Source: an uncultured Candidatus Rokubacteria bacterium (GTDB lineage Bacteria > Methylomirabilota > Methylomirabilia > Rokubacteriales > CSP1-6). Taken from it: a stretch of 64,000 bases of DNA. The translations under genes were made by a program, and so were the position numbers. A model generated the notes under the pieces. It did not search any database, was not told where the DNA came from, and saw only the letters and a program-made list of their open reading frames with translations. The stretch lies in assembly GCA_963747235.1 (NCBI GenBank), contig CAVVEU010000029.1, positions 64,001 to 128,000 on the forward strand, in the 5' to 3' direction. Positions 31,328-44,111 of this stretch are shown here, piece after piece; the first letter of the stretch is position 1; each line of letters starts with the position of its first letter.

Positions 31328-32493
31328 ATGGCGGGAAGGGCCCGGCGGTTCTGGGTGATCGGCCTTATCCTGTGCGGCCTCCTCGCCGCCGGCGCGTACT
31401 ACGCGGTGGCCCGACCCAAGCGGATCCAGCCCGCCGCCCCCGCGGCCGGCCCCCGCCCGGTACCGGTCGTGACCGTCACCGCCCGCAGCGGCGATCTCGG
31501 CGTCTACCTCACCGGGCTCGGCTCGGTCACCCCGCTCAGCACCGTCACGGTTCGCAGCCGAGTAGACGGCCAGCTCATGCGGACGCTCTTCCAGGAAGGC
31601 CAGATCGTGCGCGCGGGCGACCTCCTTGCCGAGATCGATCCCCGCCCCTTCGAGACGCAGCTCACCCAGGCGGAAGCGCAGCTCGCCAAGGACGAGGCCG
31701 CGCTGGCGAATGCCCGCATGGATCTCGAGCGCTACCGCACGCTCGTCAAGGGCGGATTCATCCCGCAGCAGCAGATGGACACCCAGGGCTCCGCGGTCGC
31801 GCAGCTCGCGGCGTCCATCAAGGCCGACCAGGGGCAGATCGACAGCATCCGGCTCCAGCTCACCTATACCCGCATCCATCGCCCCCATCACCGGCCGCGC
31901 CGGGCTCCGCCTCGTGGACCCCGGCAACATGGTGCACGCCAACGATGGGGGCGGGCTCGTCGTGCTCGCCCAGGTCGAGCCGATCGCGGTGGTGTTCACG
32001 ATTCCCCAGGACAACCTGCCGCCGGTGCTCGCCCGCCAGCGCGCGGGCGGGTCCATCCCGGTGGACGCCTACGATCGCGAGGGCCGCACCAAGCTGGCGA
32101 CCGGCGTCCTGGTCGCGGTGGACAACCAGATCGACGCCGGCGACCGGCACCGTCAAGCTCAAGGCCTCCTTCGTCAATGGCGACGGCTCGCTGTTCCCGA
32201 ACCAGTTCGTCAACGCGCGCATCCTCGTGGATTCGCTCCGCGGCGCGGTGCTGGTGCCGAACGAGGCGATCCAGCGCGGCGCCCAGGGGCCCTTCGTCTA
32301 CCTGGTGAAGCCGGACAAGACGGTCGAGCTGCGGAAGGTCACGCCCGGGCCCAGCGAGGGCGGCGTCACCGCGGTGCGCGACGGCGTGGCCGCGGGCGAC
32401 GCCCTCATCGTGGACGGGGCCGACCGCGTGCAGGAGCGCTCGCGCGTGGAGCCCACGAGCCGCGAGCGGCCCGCCGCGCGCGCGGCTCCATGA
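31328..32493 (+). CDS. mdtA: RND efflux periplasmic adaptor MdtA/MuxA (indels)
   Basis: [64 protein letters not shown]. Confidence 0.88.
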
Positions 32494-35400
32494 ACCCGTC
32501 GCGCGTCTTCATCCTCCGGCCGGTCGCCACCTCGCTGCTCACCGTCGCCATCGTTCTCGCCGGGATCGTCGCCTACCGGCTGCTCGCGGTCTCGGCCCTG
32601 CCCCAGGTGGACTACCCGACCATGCAGGTGCAGACGTTCTACCCGGGGGCGAGCCCGGACGTGATGGCCTCCGCGGTCACCGCGCCGCTCGAGCGCCAGT
32701 TCGGGCAGATGCCCGGGCTCAAGCAGATGACCTCCACCAGCTCGAGTACCGCGTCGGTCATCACGCTGCAGTTCGACCTCAACCTGGCCCTGGACGTCGC
32801 GGAGCAGCAGGTGCAGGCCGCGATCAACGCGGCCACGTCGTTCCTGCCCGGCGACCTGCCCAACCCGCCGATCTACAGCAAGGTCAATCCCGCCGACGCG
32901 CCGATCCTCACCCTGGGCCTCACCTCCGCCTCCCTGCCGCTCACCACCGTGCAGGACCTGGCCGACACCCGCCTCGTGCCGAAGATCTCCCAGCTTCCCG
33001 GGGTGGGCCTGGTCAGCCTGAGCGGCGGCCAGAAGCCGGCGATCCGGATCCAGGTCAATCCCGCGCTCCTCGCCGCCAACGGGCTCACCCTCGACGACGT
33101 GCGCGGCGGCGGTGGCCGCGGCCAACGTGAACCAGGCCAAGGGCAGCCTCGACGGCAGCCGTCAGGCCTTCACCATCGGCGCCAACGACCAGCTCACGTC
33201 GAGCGATCAGTACGGGAACCTGGTGGTGGCCTATCGCAACGGCGCGCCGGTGCACCTCTCCGACGTGGCCGACACGCGTGGACGACGCGGAGAACCTGCG
33301 GCAGGCCGCGTGGATGGACGATGGAGCCCGCGGTCATCGTCAACATCCAGCGCCAGCCGGGCGCGAACCTCATCCAGGTGGTGGACCGCGTCAAGCAGCT
33401 CCTGCCCCAGCTCCAGAGCACCCTGCCCGGCTCGGTGAAGGTCGCGATCCTGACCGACCGCACCACCACCATCCGGGCCTCGGTGCACGACGTGCAGGTC
33501 GAGCTGATGCTGGCGGTGGTCCTGGTCGTCCTCGTGATCTTCCTGTTCCTGGGCAGCCCCGCCGCCACCTTCATCCCGTCGATCGCGGTGCCCGTCTCCA
33601 TCATCGGGACGTTCGCGGTCATGTATGCGCTGAACTTCAGCCTGAACAACCTCTCCCTGATGGCGCTCACCATCGCCACCGGCTTCGTGGTGGACGACGC
33701 GGTGGTCATGATCGAGAACATCGCCCGCTACCTCGAGGCGGGCGACGCGCCGCTCGAGGCCGCGCTCAAGGGCTCGGCCCAGATCGGCTTCACGATCCTC
33801 TCCCTGACCGTCTCTCTCATCGCGGTGCTGATCCCGCTCCTCTTCATGGGCGACATCGTGGGCCGGCTCTTCCGCGAGTTCGCGATCACGCTGAGCGCGG
33901 CGATCCTGGTGTCCGCCGCGGTGTCCCTGACCCTCACGCCCCATGCTCTGCGCCCGGCTCCTGCAGCACCGCGAGGAGCGAAACCCGGGCCCGTGGCCCG
34001 CGCCTCCCAGGCCGTCTTCAACCGGGTCCTCGCCCTCTACGCGCGCACCCTCCGGGTGGTGCTCGATCACCAGCCCGCGACCCTGCTGGTGGCGGTGGCG
34101 ACGCTCGGGCTCACCCTCGTCCTCTACGTGGCGGTGCCCAAGGGCCTCTTCCCGGTCCAGGACACCGGGGTGATCCTGGGCATCTCGGAGGCGCCCCAGA
34201 GCGTCTCCTTCCCGGCCATGGCCCAGCGCCAGCGCGCCCTCGCCCAGGCCATCCTGCGCGATCCGGCGGTGGCCACCCTCTCGTCGTTCATCGGGATCGA
34301 CGGCACCAACGTGACGCTCAACAGCGGGCGCCTGCTGATCACGCTCAAGCCGCTCGACGAGCGGCGGGCCTCGGTGGGCGCGATCATCGACCGCCTGCGC
34401 CCGCGCCTCGCCGAGGTGAGCGGCATCACGCTCTATCTCCAGCCGGTGCAGGACCTCACGGTGGAGGACCGGGTGAGCCGCACCCAGTACCAGTACAGCC
34501 TGGAGAACCCGAGCGTGGACGAGCTCAACACGTGGGCCCCGCGCCTGGTGGAGCGCCTGCGGGCCCTGCCCGAGCTGCGGGACGTGGCGAGCGATCAGCA
34601 GGACCAGGGGCTCGAGACGTCGATCCGCATCGACCGCAGCACCGCGTCGCGCCTCGGGATCACGCCCCAGATGATCGACGACGCGCTCTACAACGCCTTC
34701 GGCCAGCGCCAGATCTCGACGATCTTCACCCAGCTCAACCAGTACCGCGTCGTGCTCGAGGTCAAGCCCGAGTTCCGCCAGAGTCCGGACGCGCTCAGCA
34801 GATCTACCTGCGCTCGGCCGGGGCGGCCAGGTGCCGCTCTCGACGTTCACCGCCATCGAGGAGCGGGCCACCCCGCTGCTGGTCAGCCACCAGGGCCAGT
34901 TCCCGGCGGTGACCGTCTCCTTCAACCTGGCGCCCGGCGTGTCGCTCGGCGCGGCGGTGGACGTCATCGAGCGGGCCCGGCGCGATCTCAGGATGCCCGC
35001 GGGCATCGAGACGCGGCTTCCAGGGCGCCGCGCACGCCTTCCAGGCCTCGCTCGCCAACGAGCCGCTCCTGATCCTGGCCGCGGTGTTCACGGTCTACAT
35101 CGTGCTGGGCGTGCTCTACGAGAGCTGGATCCACCCGGTGACCATCCTGTCCACCCTGCCCTCGGCCGGCGTCGGCGCCCTGCTCGCCCTGATGGCGGCG
35201 CGCCTCGACCTGAGCGTGATCGCGCTGATCGGCATCATCCTGCTCATCGGCATCGTGATGAAGAACGCGATCATGATGATCGACTTCGCGCTCGACGCCC
35301 AGCGCACCGAGGGCAAGCCCGCGCCCGAGGCGATCTACCAGGCCTGCCTGCTGCGCTTCCGCCCGATCGTGATGACCACGATGGCCGCGCTGCTGGGCGG

Positions 35401-35608
35401 CGTGCCGCTGGCGCTGGGCCAGGGCGTCGGCTCCGAGCTGCGCCAGCCGCTCGGCATCGCGATCGTGGGCGGGCTCATCATGAGCCAGCTCCTCACGCTC
35501 TACACCACCCCGGTGATCTACCTCGCCTTCGACCGGCTCGCCGCGCGCGCCACCCGGCGCCGCGCCGCCCCCGCGGGCCCCCTCGCCGCCGCGGAGCCCC
35601 GCGCGTGA
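32490..35608 (+). CDS. mdtB: RND efflux permease MdtB/MuxB (several indels)
   Basis: [64 protein letters not shown]. Confidence 0.9.
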
Positions 35609-38600
35609 ACCTCTCCGGCCCCTTCATCCGGCGGCCGGTCGGCACCACGCTGCTGACCGTCGCGCTGGTGCTGGCGGGCGTCATCGGCTTCCAGCTCCTG
35701 CCGGTGGCGCCGCTGCCCCAGGTGGACTTCCCCACCATCAACGTCTCCACCGGCCTGCCCGGCGCGAGCCCGCTCGACCATGGCCTCGGCGGTGGCCACC
35801 CCGCTCGAGCGCCAGTTCACCCGCATCGCCGCGGTCAGCGAGATGACCTCCACGAGCTTCCTGGGCTCGACGAGCGTGGCGCTGCAGTTCGATCTCTCGC
35901 GCGACATCAACGGCGCCGCCCGCGACGTGCAGTCGGCCATCAACGCGGCGAGCGGCCAGCTCCCCTCGAACCTCCCGAGCAATCCCACCTACCGCAAGGT
36001 CAACCCGGCCGACGCGCCGATCATGATCCTGGCGCTGACCTCCGCCACCGCGACCCCGGGCAAGCTCTACGACATGGCCTCCACGATCCTCCAGCAGAAG
36101 CTGGCCCAGCTCGAAGGCGTCGGGCAGGTCTTCGTGGGCGGCAGCTCGCTGCCCGCGGTGCGGGTGGAGCTCGAATCCCCACGCGCTCGCCCGCTACGGC
36201 ATCGGGCTCGAGGACGTGCGCGCGGTGCTGGCCAGCGCCAACGTCAACCGGCCCAAGGGCCAGATCCACGGGCCGGAGCGGGCGTGGGAGATCCGCACCA
36301 GCGACCAGATCCGCTACGCGGCGGAGTACCGCCCGCTGCTGGTGGCCTGGCGCAACGGGGCCGCGGTCCGCCTGGAGGACGTGGCCGACGTGCGCGACTC
36401 GGTCGAGGACCTGCGCTCGATCGGCCTCGCCAACGGCCAGCGCGCCGCGCTCCTCATCATCTTCCGCCAGCCCGGCGCCAACATCATCGACGCGGTGGAC
36501 CGCATCCGCGCGGCGCTGCCCGAGCTGCACGCGCTCCTGCCCGCCGACGTCGGCCCTGACCCCGGTCCTGGACCAGACCGTCACGATCCGCGCCTCGGTG
36601 GCCGACGTGGAGCACGCCCTGATGATCTCGGTGGCCCTGGTGGTGCTGCGTGGTGTTCCTGTTCCTGCGCGACTGGCGCGCCACCGCGATCCCCGGGGTG
36701 GCGGTGCCGGTGTCCCTCATCGGCACCTTCGCCTTCATGTACCTGATGGGCTACAGCATCGACAACCTGTCGCTGATGGCCCTCACGGTGGCCACCGGCT
36801 TCGTGGTGGACGACGCGATCGTGGTGGTGGAGAACGTCATGCGCCACCTCGAGGCGGGCATGCCCCCGCTCGAGGCGGCGATCACGGGCGCCCGCGAGAT
36901 CGGCTTCACCGTGCTGTCGATCAGCATCTCGCTGGTGGCGGTCTTCATCCCGATCCTCCTGATGGGCGGGCTCGATCGGGCGACTCTTCCGCGAGTTCGC
37001 GGTGGTGCTCTCGATCGCCGTCCTCGTCTCGCTGGTCGTCTCGCTCACCGTCACCCCGATGATGTGCGCGCGGCTGCTCCGCTCGCGCGAGGGCCGGCCC
37101 ACGGCCGCCTCTACCGCGGCGGCGAGCGGGTGTTCGGCTGGGTCGCCGCGGCTACGAGCGGTCGCTCGGCTGGGCCCTCCACGTACCCGCGCACCGTGCT
37201 GCTGATCGCCGGACTCGACCTGCGCGGTCAACGTGTATCTCTTCGTGGCGATCCCCAAGGGCTTCTTCCCCCAGCAGGACAACGGCCGGCTCAGCGGCGC
37301 CATCGTGGCCGCCCAGGACATCGTCGTTCCAGGCCATGCGCCGACAAGGTGACCCGCTACGCGGCGATCGTGCACGGCGATCCGGCGGTCGCCACCGTCA
37401 CCGCCTACACCGGCGGCGGGGCCCGCGGCACCACCGTCAATACCGCGCGCATGTTCATCGCGCTCAAGCCGCGCCGGGAGCGCGACGCCACCGCCGACGA
37501 GGTGATCACCCGGCTGCGCCCGAAGCTCGCGCGCGTCGCCGGGGCCACCTGCTATCTCCAGGCGGTGCAGGACATCCGGCTGGGCGGGCGCATGGGCAAC
37601 GCGCAGTACCAGTACACGCTGCAGGCCGACCGTCTGGAGGATCTGAGCGAGTGGGCCCCGCGCATGCTCCAGACCCTGCGCGCGCCTCCCCGAGCTGCGC
37701 GACGTCTCGAGCGACCAGCAGGACGCGGGGCTGCAGGTGCCGCTCACCATCGATCGGGACACCGCGGCCCGGCTCGGGGTGAGCACGCGGCTCATCGACG
37801 AGACGCTCTACAGCGCCTTCGGGCAGCGCCAGGTGTCGACCATCTACACCCAGCTCAACCAGTACCGGGTGGTGATGGAGGTGGCGCCCGAGTTCTGGCA
37901 GAGCCCCGACGCCCTCCGCAACATCCACGTCCAGTCGGAGCGCGGCGAGTCCGTCCCCCTCACCGCGCTCACCCGCTTCGAGCCGAGCGCGGCCCCGCTG
38001 CAGGTGAACCACCAGGGCCTCTTCCCGTCCGTGACGCTCTCGTTCAACCTGGCCCCCGGGGTGGCCCTCGGCGAGGCGGTCACCGCGGTGGAGGAGCGCG
38101 GCGCGCCGCATCGCGCTGCCCGCGAGCATCCGCGGCAAGTTCGCGGGCGCGGCCCAGGCCTTCCAGGCCTCGCTGTCCACCCAGCCGCTCCTGATCCTGG
38201 CCGCCCTCGTCGCGGTCTACATCGTGCTCGGCATGCTCTACGAGAGCTTCGTCCACCCGCTCACCATCCTGTCCACCCTGCCCTCGGCCGGGGTGGGCGC
38301 GCTGCTCGCGCTGCTCGCGTGCGGGATGGAGCTGTCGATCATCGCGATGATCGGCATCATCCTGCTGATCGGCATCGTGAAGAAGAACGCGATCATGGTC
38401 ATCGACGTCGCGCTCGATCTCGAGCGGCGCGAGGGCCGCGCCCCCCGCGAGGCCATCCACGAGGCCTGCCTGCGCCGGCTGCGGCCCATCCTGATGACCA
38501 CCATGGCCGCGCTGCTGGGCGCCCTGCCCCTGGCGCTCGGCACCGGCACCGGCTCCGAGCTGCGCCGCCCGCTGGGCGTCAGCATCGTGGGCGGCCTGCT

Positions 38601-38748
38601 GCTGAGCCAGCTCCTCACGCTCTACACGACGCCCGTCGTGTACCTGTTCCTCGAGCGCTGGCGCTTGCGCACGGTGAGCGGCTGGCGCAAGCTCGGCGAG
38701 CGGCTCGGCGGGCGACGGCCCATCGAGCAGATCAGCGGCGGCAAGTAA
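35605..38748 (+). CDS. mdtC: RND efflux permease MdtC/MuxC (several indels)
   Basis: [53 protein letters not shown]. Confidence 0.9.
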
Positions 38749-38781
38749 CCCCCTTCCAGTCCCGAGGAGAAGACGACCGTC

Positions 38782-39399
38782 ATGGAGCTCGATCCCCAGA
38801 CCATGAAGTCCGAGTCCACCTACAAGCTGCTGATCGGCTGCGTGGTGCCGCGGCCGATCGCGTGGGTCTCCACGGTGGGCGCGGACGGCGTGAACAACCT
38901 CGCCCCCTTCAGCTTCTTCATGGGGGTCTGCCAGGACCCGCCGACCATCGCGTTCTCGTCGGGCCCGCGCGCGAGGGATCGCAAGGACACCGTGCGGAAC
39001 GCCGAGCACACCGGCGACTTCGTGGTCAACATCGTGGACGACGACCGCGCCGAGCAGATGAACCTGACCTCGGGCGAGTACCCGCCCGAGGTGGACGAGT
39101 TCGCGCTCACCGGCCTCACCGCCGCCCCCGGCGTGCGGGTGCGCTCGCCGCGCGTGGTCCAGGCCCCGGTCAGCCTCGAGTGCCGCGTGGCCCAGATCAT
39201 CCCGGTCGGGCGCGGGCCCCACAGCCTGGTGCTGGGCGAGATCGTGTACTTCCACGTGCGCGACGACGTCTACGACGCGGCCACCGGGCGCATCGACGTG
39301 GCGCGCCTCAAGCCGGTCGGCCGCCTCGCCGGCCACCAGTACACCTACGTCCACGAGATCTTCGAGATGAAGCGCCCCAACGAGAACTACCGGGGGTAG
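38782..39399 (+). CDS. Flavin reductase-like protein (DIM6/NTAB family)
   Basis: YKLLIGCVVPRPIAWVST, NLAPFSFF, KDTVRN, PVGRLAG. Confidence 0.9.
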   Translation: MELDPQTMKSESTYKLLIGCVVPRPIAWVSTVGADGVNNLAPFSFFMGVCQDPPTIAFSSGPRARDRKDTVRNAEHTGDFVVNIVDDDRAEQMNLTSGEYPPEVDEFALTGLTAAPGVRVRSPRVVQAPVSLECRVAQIIPVGRGPHSLVLGEIVYFHVRDDVYDAATGRIDVARLKPVGRLAGHQYTYVHEIFEMKRPNENYRG

Positions 39400-39459
39400 C
39401 GAGCCGGCCGATCGGGCGTGGACGAGCCAGTCCTCCGGACGTGCAGGCCCCGGCGCCGA

Positions 39460-40521
39460 TCACGCCGTCTCGCGCCGGATCTCCTGGACCAGCTCGCGCA
39501 GGATGCCCTGCTCGCCGGGGGTCGCGGCGGGGATGCTGAACTCCACGTCGGTGACGAGGCCCCGGTAGCGGTCCACGAGCTTCCGGCCGATCTGCGCATA
39601 GGTCCCCACCACCGCGTAGGTGTGCAGCACCTCGTCGGTGATGCGCGGCGGCATCTCCTCCCAGCGCTGGGCCCGCGACAGCACGGCCAGCTCGGCGGCC
39701 AGGTCGCCCAGGCCGTGCACCTCGAAGGCGGCGCGGTAACCCGGGGTGGAGGCGTAGAAGGCCACCCGCGCCCGCACGTCCGGCACCCGCGCGGCGAGCG
39801 TCGCCTCGTCGGGCGCCGCGCAGATCAGCGGCTTCATCGCGACGGCGAGCGCGGGGCTGCGTCCCGCCGCCACCGCGCCCGCCCGCATCGCGGGCAGCAT
39901 GACGTCGCGGATGTAGCGCGGCGTGCACACCGGGTGCGGGCGCAGGCCGTCGGCCACCTCGCCCACGAAGCGGCACATGGTCGGATTCACCGCGGCCACG
40001 TGGATCGGGATGTCCGGGTGCTCGATCGGGCCCGGGTCGAAGAGCGGAACCATCAGGCTCAGGTTGTAGTGCGGGCTCTCGAAGGCGAGCGGCGTCCGCT
40101 GCTGCCACGCCGTCCACACCGCGCGCACCGCCCGGACGTAGTCGCGCATCCACGGGCCGGGCGGGCGATACGGCAGGCCGAAGCGCCGCGTGATGTGTCC
40201 CCGCACCTGGCTGCCCAGCCCCAGCACGAAGCGCCCGCGCGAGAGCTTCTGGATGTTCCACGCCGACATCGCGGTGATGGTGGGGCTGCGCGGGAACGCC
40301 ATCGCCACCGCGGTGGTGAGACGGAGGCGCGTGGTCGCGGCCGCGGCCAGCGCCATGACCACGTACGGGTCCACCTTGGTCTCCTCGACCGCGAGGCCGT
40401 CGTAGCCGAGCGATTCGACGAGCCGGGCGTCCTCGATCACGCGGCCGAGATCGAGCGGCGTCTCCGCGGCGCGAAGGCCGGGGTCGAGCTTGCCGAGCGG
40501 GAGGAGCGTCTCGACGCGCAT
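39460..40521 (-). CDS. LLM-class (probable F420-dependent) oxidoreductase
   Basis: AFPRSP, GRFVLGLGSQV..HITRRFG, FYASTPGYR. Confidence 0.88.
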   Translation of the reverse strand: MRVETLLPLGKLDPGLRAAETPLDLGRVIEDARLVESLGYDGLAVEETKVDPYVVMALAAAATTRLRLTTAVAMAFPRSPTITAMSAWNIQKLSRGRFVLGLGSQVRGHITRRFGLPYRPPGPWMRDYVRAVRAVWTAWQQRTPLAFESPHYNLSLMVPLFDPGPIEHPDIPIHVAAVNPTMCRFVGEVADGLRPHPVCTPRYIRDVMLPAMRAGAVAAGRSPALAVAMKPLICAAPDEATLAARVPDVRARVAFYASTPGYRAAFEVHGLGDLAAELAVLSRAQRWEEMPPRITDEVLHTYAVVGTYAQIGRKLVDRYRGLVTDVEFSIPAATPGEQGILRELVQEIRRETA

Positions 40522-40586
40522 CGGGCGTCATGCTAGCGGATGCATTTCCACCTGACAACGGCCTCGAGACGGGCTATCGTACCGCC

Positions 40587-41361
40587 GTGATCCAGACTCT
40601 TCGCGCTCTGCGGCGGCTACATCGAGCTGGACCGGGCCAGCATGCTGGACGACCTCCCGGCGGGGCAGCCGTGGACGGTCCCGGTGATGACCTTCCTGGT
40701 CGCGCATCCCCGCGGCCGGCTCCTCTTCGACACCGGCATCCACGCGCAGGCCCGCGTGGATCCGATCGGGCGCATGGGCGCGGAGCGCGCCAAGCGGCTC
40801 GTTGTGAAGTCGAAGGAAGGTGAAGACGTGGTGCCCCAGCTCGGCCTGCTCGGCCTCCGGCCCGACGAGGTCCGCTACGTGGCCAACTCGCACCTGCACT
40901 TCGACCACTGCGGCGGCAACGAGTTCTTCCCGCGCGCGACCTTCCTGGTGCAGAAGGCGGAGATGGACGCGGCGCGGCGGCCCGGCTTCGCCCCCGGCTA
41001 CAACCCGAGCCCGATCGACTTCGACCACCCCCTCGACTACCGGCTCATGGACGGCGAGCACGACGTGTTCGGCGACGGCAGCGTGATCCTCTTCCCCACC
41101 TTCGGCCACACGCCCGGGCATCAGTCGCTGCGCGTGCGCCTGGGCAAGGGCGCGGACATGGTCTGCGCCGCCGACGCCTGCTACACGCGGGAGAACATGG
41201 ATCGGGACGTGCTGCCGCGCATCCTGTGGAACGGCCCGATCATGCGCGAGTCGCTCGCCACCCTGCGGCGCCTCCGGGACCAGGCCGGCGCCACCGTCTT
41301 CTTCGGTCACGATCCCGCGCAGTGGCAGGCCACGCCCCGGGCGCCTGCCGCCATCGCCTGA
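40587..41361 (+). CDS. Metallo-beta-lactamase fold N-acyl homoserine lactonase-like protein
   Basis: LFDTG, SHLHFDHCGG, GHTPGHQS, ADA, GHD; start region has an indel. Confidence 0.85.
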
Positions 41362-41374
41362 CCCGAGGCCTCCG

Positions 41375-42217
41375 GTGCTCGCCACCCTGCTCGACGGGCT
41401 GACGTTCCCCGAAGCGCCCCGCTGGCACGACGGCCGCCTCTGGTTCTCGGACTTCTACACCCAGCGCGTCGTCGCGGTGGATCCCGCCGGCCGCGCCGAG
41501 ACCATGTTGGAGGTCCCGCAGCGGCCGTCGGGCCTCGGCTGGACGCCGGACGGCGCGCTGCTCGTCGTCTCCATGCTCGACCGCCGCCTGCTCCGCGTGG
41601 AGCACGGCACGACGCGCGTGCTCGCCGATCTCTCCGCGGTCGCGACCGGGCCGTGCAACGACATGGTGGTGGACGGCCGGGGCCGGGCCTACGTCGGCAA
41701 CTTCGGCTACGACCGGCACAAGGGCGAGCCGCCGCGGACCACGTGCCTGGCGCGCGTGGACCCGGACGGCCGCGTCACCCGCGCGGCCGAGGACCTCTTC
41801 TTCCCCAACGGCACCGTCATCACCCCCGACGGCCGCACCATGATCGTCGGCGAGACGCAGGGCCATCGCCTCACCGCCTTCGACGTGGCCCCCGACGGCA
41901 CGCTGAGCAACCGGCGCGTGTGGGCCGCAGCTCGACGGACGCGTCTTCCCCGACGGCATCTGCCTCGACGCCGAGGGCGCGATCTGGGTCTCCGACGCGC
42001 GCGGCATTCGCGCTGCTGCGCGTGCGCGAAGGCGGCAAGATCGACGGCACCGTGTCCACCGGCGACCCGGTACGCCTTCGCCTGCATGCTCGGCGGCGCC
42101 GACCGCCGGACCCTGTTCGCCTGCACCAGCACCGGCAGCGGGCCGGCCATGGCCGACAAGCGCGACGGCGCGATCGAGACCGTCCGCGTGGACGTGCCCG
42201 GCGCCGGGCTCCCCTGA
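41375..42217 (+). CDS. SMP-30/gluconolactonase family protein (compensating indels)
   Basis: FPEAPRWHDGRLWFSD, CNDMVVD, FPNG, PDGICLDAEG. Confidence 0.88.
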   Translation: MLATLLDGLTFPEAPRWHDGRLWFSDFYTQRVVAVDPAGRAETMLEVPQRPSGLGWTPDGALLVVSMLDRRLLRVEHGTTRVLADLSAVATGPCNDMVVDGRGRAYVGNFGYDRHKGEPPRTTCLARVDPDGRVTRAAEDLFFPNGTVITPDGRTMIVGETQGHRLTAFDVAPDGTLSNRRVWAAARRTRLPRRHLPRRRGRDLGLRRARHSRCCACAKAARSTAPCPPATRYAFACMLGGADRRTLFACTSTGSGPAMADKRDGAIETVRVDVPGAGLP

Positions 42218-42242
42218 CCTCCTCACGAAAGGCTGGCCTGCC

Positions 42243-43076
42243 ATGAGCACGACAACCGCAGCGACGCGGCCCGACGACGACCTGGGACTGGCGGGACGGG
42301 TGGCCATCGTCACCGGCGGCGGGGCCGTCGGCGACGGCATCGGCAACGGGCGCGCGGCCTGCATCCTGCTGGCGCGCAGCGGGACCGACGTCCTGGTCGT
42401 CGACCGCGACGAGGGCCTCGCCAAGCGCACCGTCGAGATGATCACCGGCGAAGGCGGGAAGGCCTCCGCGCTCGCGGTGGACGTCACCGACGAGGCGCAG
42501 TGCGCGACGATGGCCCGCGAGGCGGTGAGCCGCTACGGCCGGCTCGACTTCCTGATCAACAACGTGGGCATCGGCAGCAAGGGCACCGTGGTGGAGGAGA
42601 AGCCCGACACCTGGCGGCGGGTCATGCAGGTCAACGTCGAGACCATGTTCCTCGCCTCGAAGGCCGCGATCCCCGAGATGATCCGCACCGCCAAGAGCGG
42701 CGCCATCGTGAACATCTCCTCGATCTCGGCGCTGCGCCCGCGCGGGCTCACGACCTACTCGGCCTCCAAGGGCGCGGTGATCGCGCTCAGCAAAGCCATG
42801 GCGGTGGACCACGGCCCCGACGGCATCCGCGTCAACTGCATCGCCCCCGGCCCGGTGTACACGCCGATGGTCTACGCGCGCGGCATGAGCCCCGAGGCGC
42901 GCGACCAGCGGCGGCGCGCGTCCGTGCTCGCCCGCGAGGGCACCGGCTGGGACATCGGCCAGGCCGCGCGCTTCCTGCTGTCGGGCCACGCCCGCTACAT
43001 CACCGGCCACGTGCTGGTGGTGGACGGCGGCGCCACCCTCGTCGGCCCCGCCCGCGAATCCCTGACCGAGCACTGA
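42243..43076 (+). CDS. Short-chain dehydrogenase/reductase
   Basis: TGGG...GIGNG, NNVG, YSASKG, RVNCIAPG. Confidence 0.93.
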   Translation: MSTTTAATRPDDDLGLAGRVAIVTGGGAVGDGIGNGRAACILLARSGTDVLVVDRDEGLAKRTVEMITGEGGKASALAVDVTDEAQCATMAREAVSRYGRLDFLINNVGIGSKGTVVEEKPDTWRRVMQVNVETMFLASKAAIPEMIRTAKSGAIVNISSISALRPRGLTTYSASKGAVIALSKAMAVDHGPDGIRVNCIAPGPVYTPMVYARGMSPEARDQRRRASVLAREGTGWDIGQAARFLLSGHARYITGHVLVVDGGATLVGPARESLTEH

Positions 43077-43114
43077 TCCGGATCAGCCCCCGGCACCCCT
43101 TCAAGGAGACCACG

Positions 43115-44051
43115 ATGCGCTTCGGCATGTTCACGAGCATGGGCAACCAGACGTGGCCGGCGGTTCTCGAGATGTGGAAGCACGCGGAGGCCACGAAGTG
43201 GGACGTGGCCTGCGTGACCGACCACTTCATGCCGAACACGAAGGAGCGCGAGGGCGCGATGCTGGAAGGCTGGAGCACGCTCACCGCGCTCTCCACGCTG
43301 GTGCCGCGCATCCAGGTCGGCACGATCGTGCTCGGCAACACGTATCGCCACCCGGCGGTGGTGGCCAAGATGGCCGCGCAGGTGGACATCATCTCGGGCG
43401 GGCGGCTCCTGCTCGGGCTCGGCGCGGGCTGGCAGGAGAACGAGCACGAGGCGTACGGCATCCCCTTCTACACGATGCGCGAGCGCCTCGAGCGGCTCGA
43501 CGAGGCCTGCCAGGTGATGAAGTCGCTGTGGACGCAGGACCGGAGCAACTTCAAGGGCCGCTACTACACGCTCTCGGACGCCCCGCTCCAGCCCAAGGCC
43601 GTGCAGACAGCCCCACCCCGAGCTGATGATCGGCGGCGGCGGCGAGAAGGTGACGCTCCTCACCGTGGCCCGCTACGCGGATCACTGGAACGTCTGGGGC
43701 GGACCCAAGGTGCTGGCCCACAAGGGCCGCATCCTCGACGAGCACTGCGCCAGCGTCGGGCGCGACCCCAGGACCATCCGCCACTCGGCCAACATGGCGC
43801 TGCTGATCACCGACAAGAAGGCCGAGGTGGACGCGCTGGCCGAGACGATCGGCTCCCGCATGGGGCGCCACGCCGCGGACGCGCGCGACACGTGCCTGGC
43901 CGGCACCCCGGAGCAGATCCGGGAGACGCTGGCCGAGCTGCGGGCCGCGAAGGTGGACACCCTGTTCATCCCGACCCTGTTCCGGCCCCTGCCGGAGCTG
44001 CGCCGGGACCTGGACCGCTTCATCGCGGAGATCGCTCCCGCGTTCCGCTGA
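43115..44051 (+). CDS. LLM-class (probable F420-dependent) oxidoreductase (indel near 43610)
   Basis: DHF, YRHPAVVAKMAAQVDIISGGR, GLGAGW...EH..YG, IGGGGEK. Confidence 0.9.
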
Positions 44052-44052
44052 G

Positions 44053-44084
44053 CCTCCCGGGTAGGCTGCCCTCCGGGTAGGCTG
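44053..44084 (+). repeat. Tandem 16-bp near-duplicate
   Basis: CCTCCCGGGTAGGCTG / CCCTCCGGGTAGGCTG. Confidence 0.6.
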
Positions 44085-44111
44085 ACGGCGGGGGCAAGGC
44101 ATACTGAGCCC

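Noticed and set aside
32490-38748. Similarity between the two RND genes as a recent duplication or assembly artefact
   Set aside because: Normal MdtB/MdtC heteromeric paralogue pair with clearly diverged sequences.
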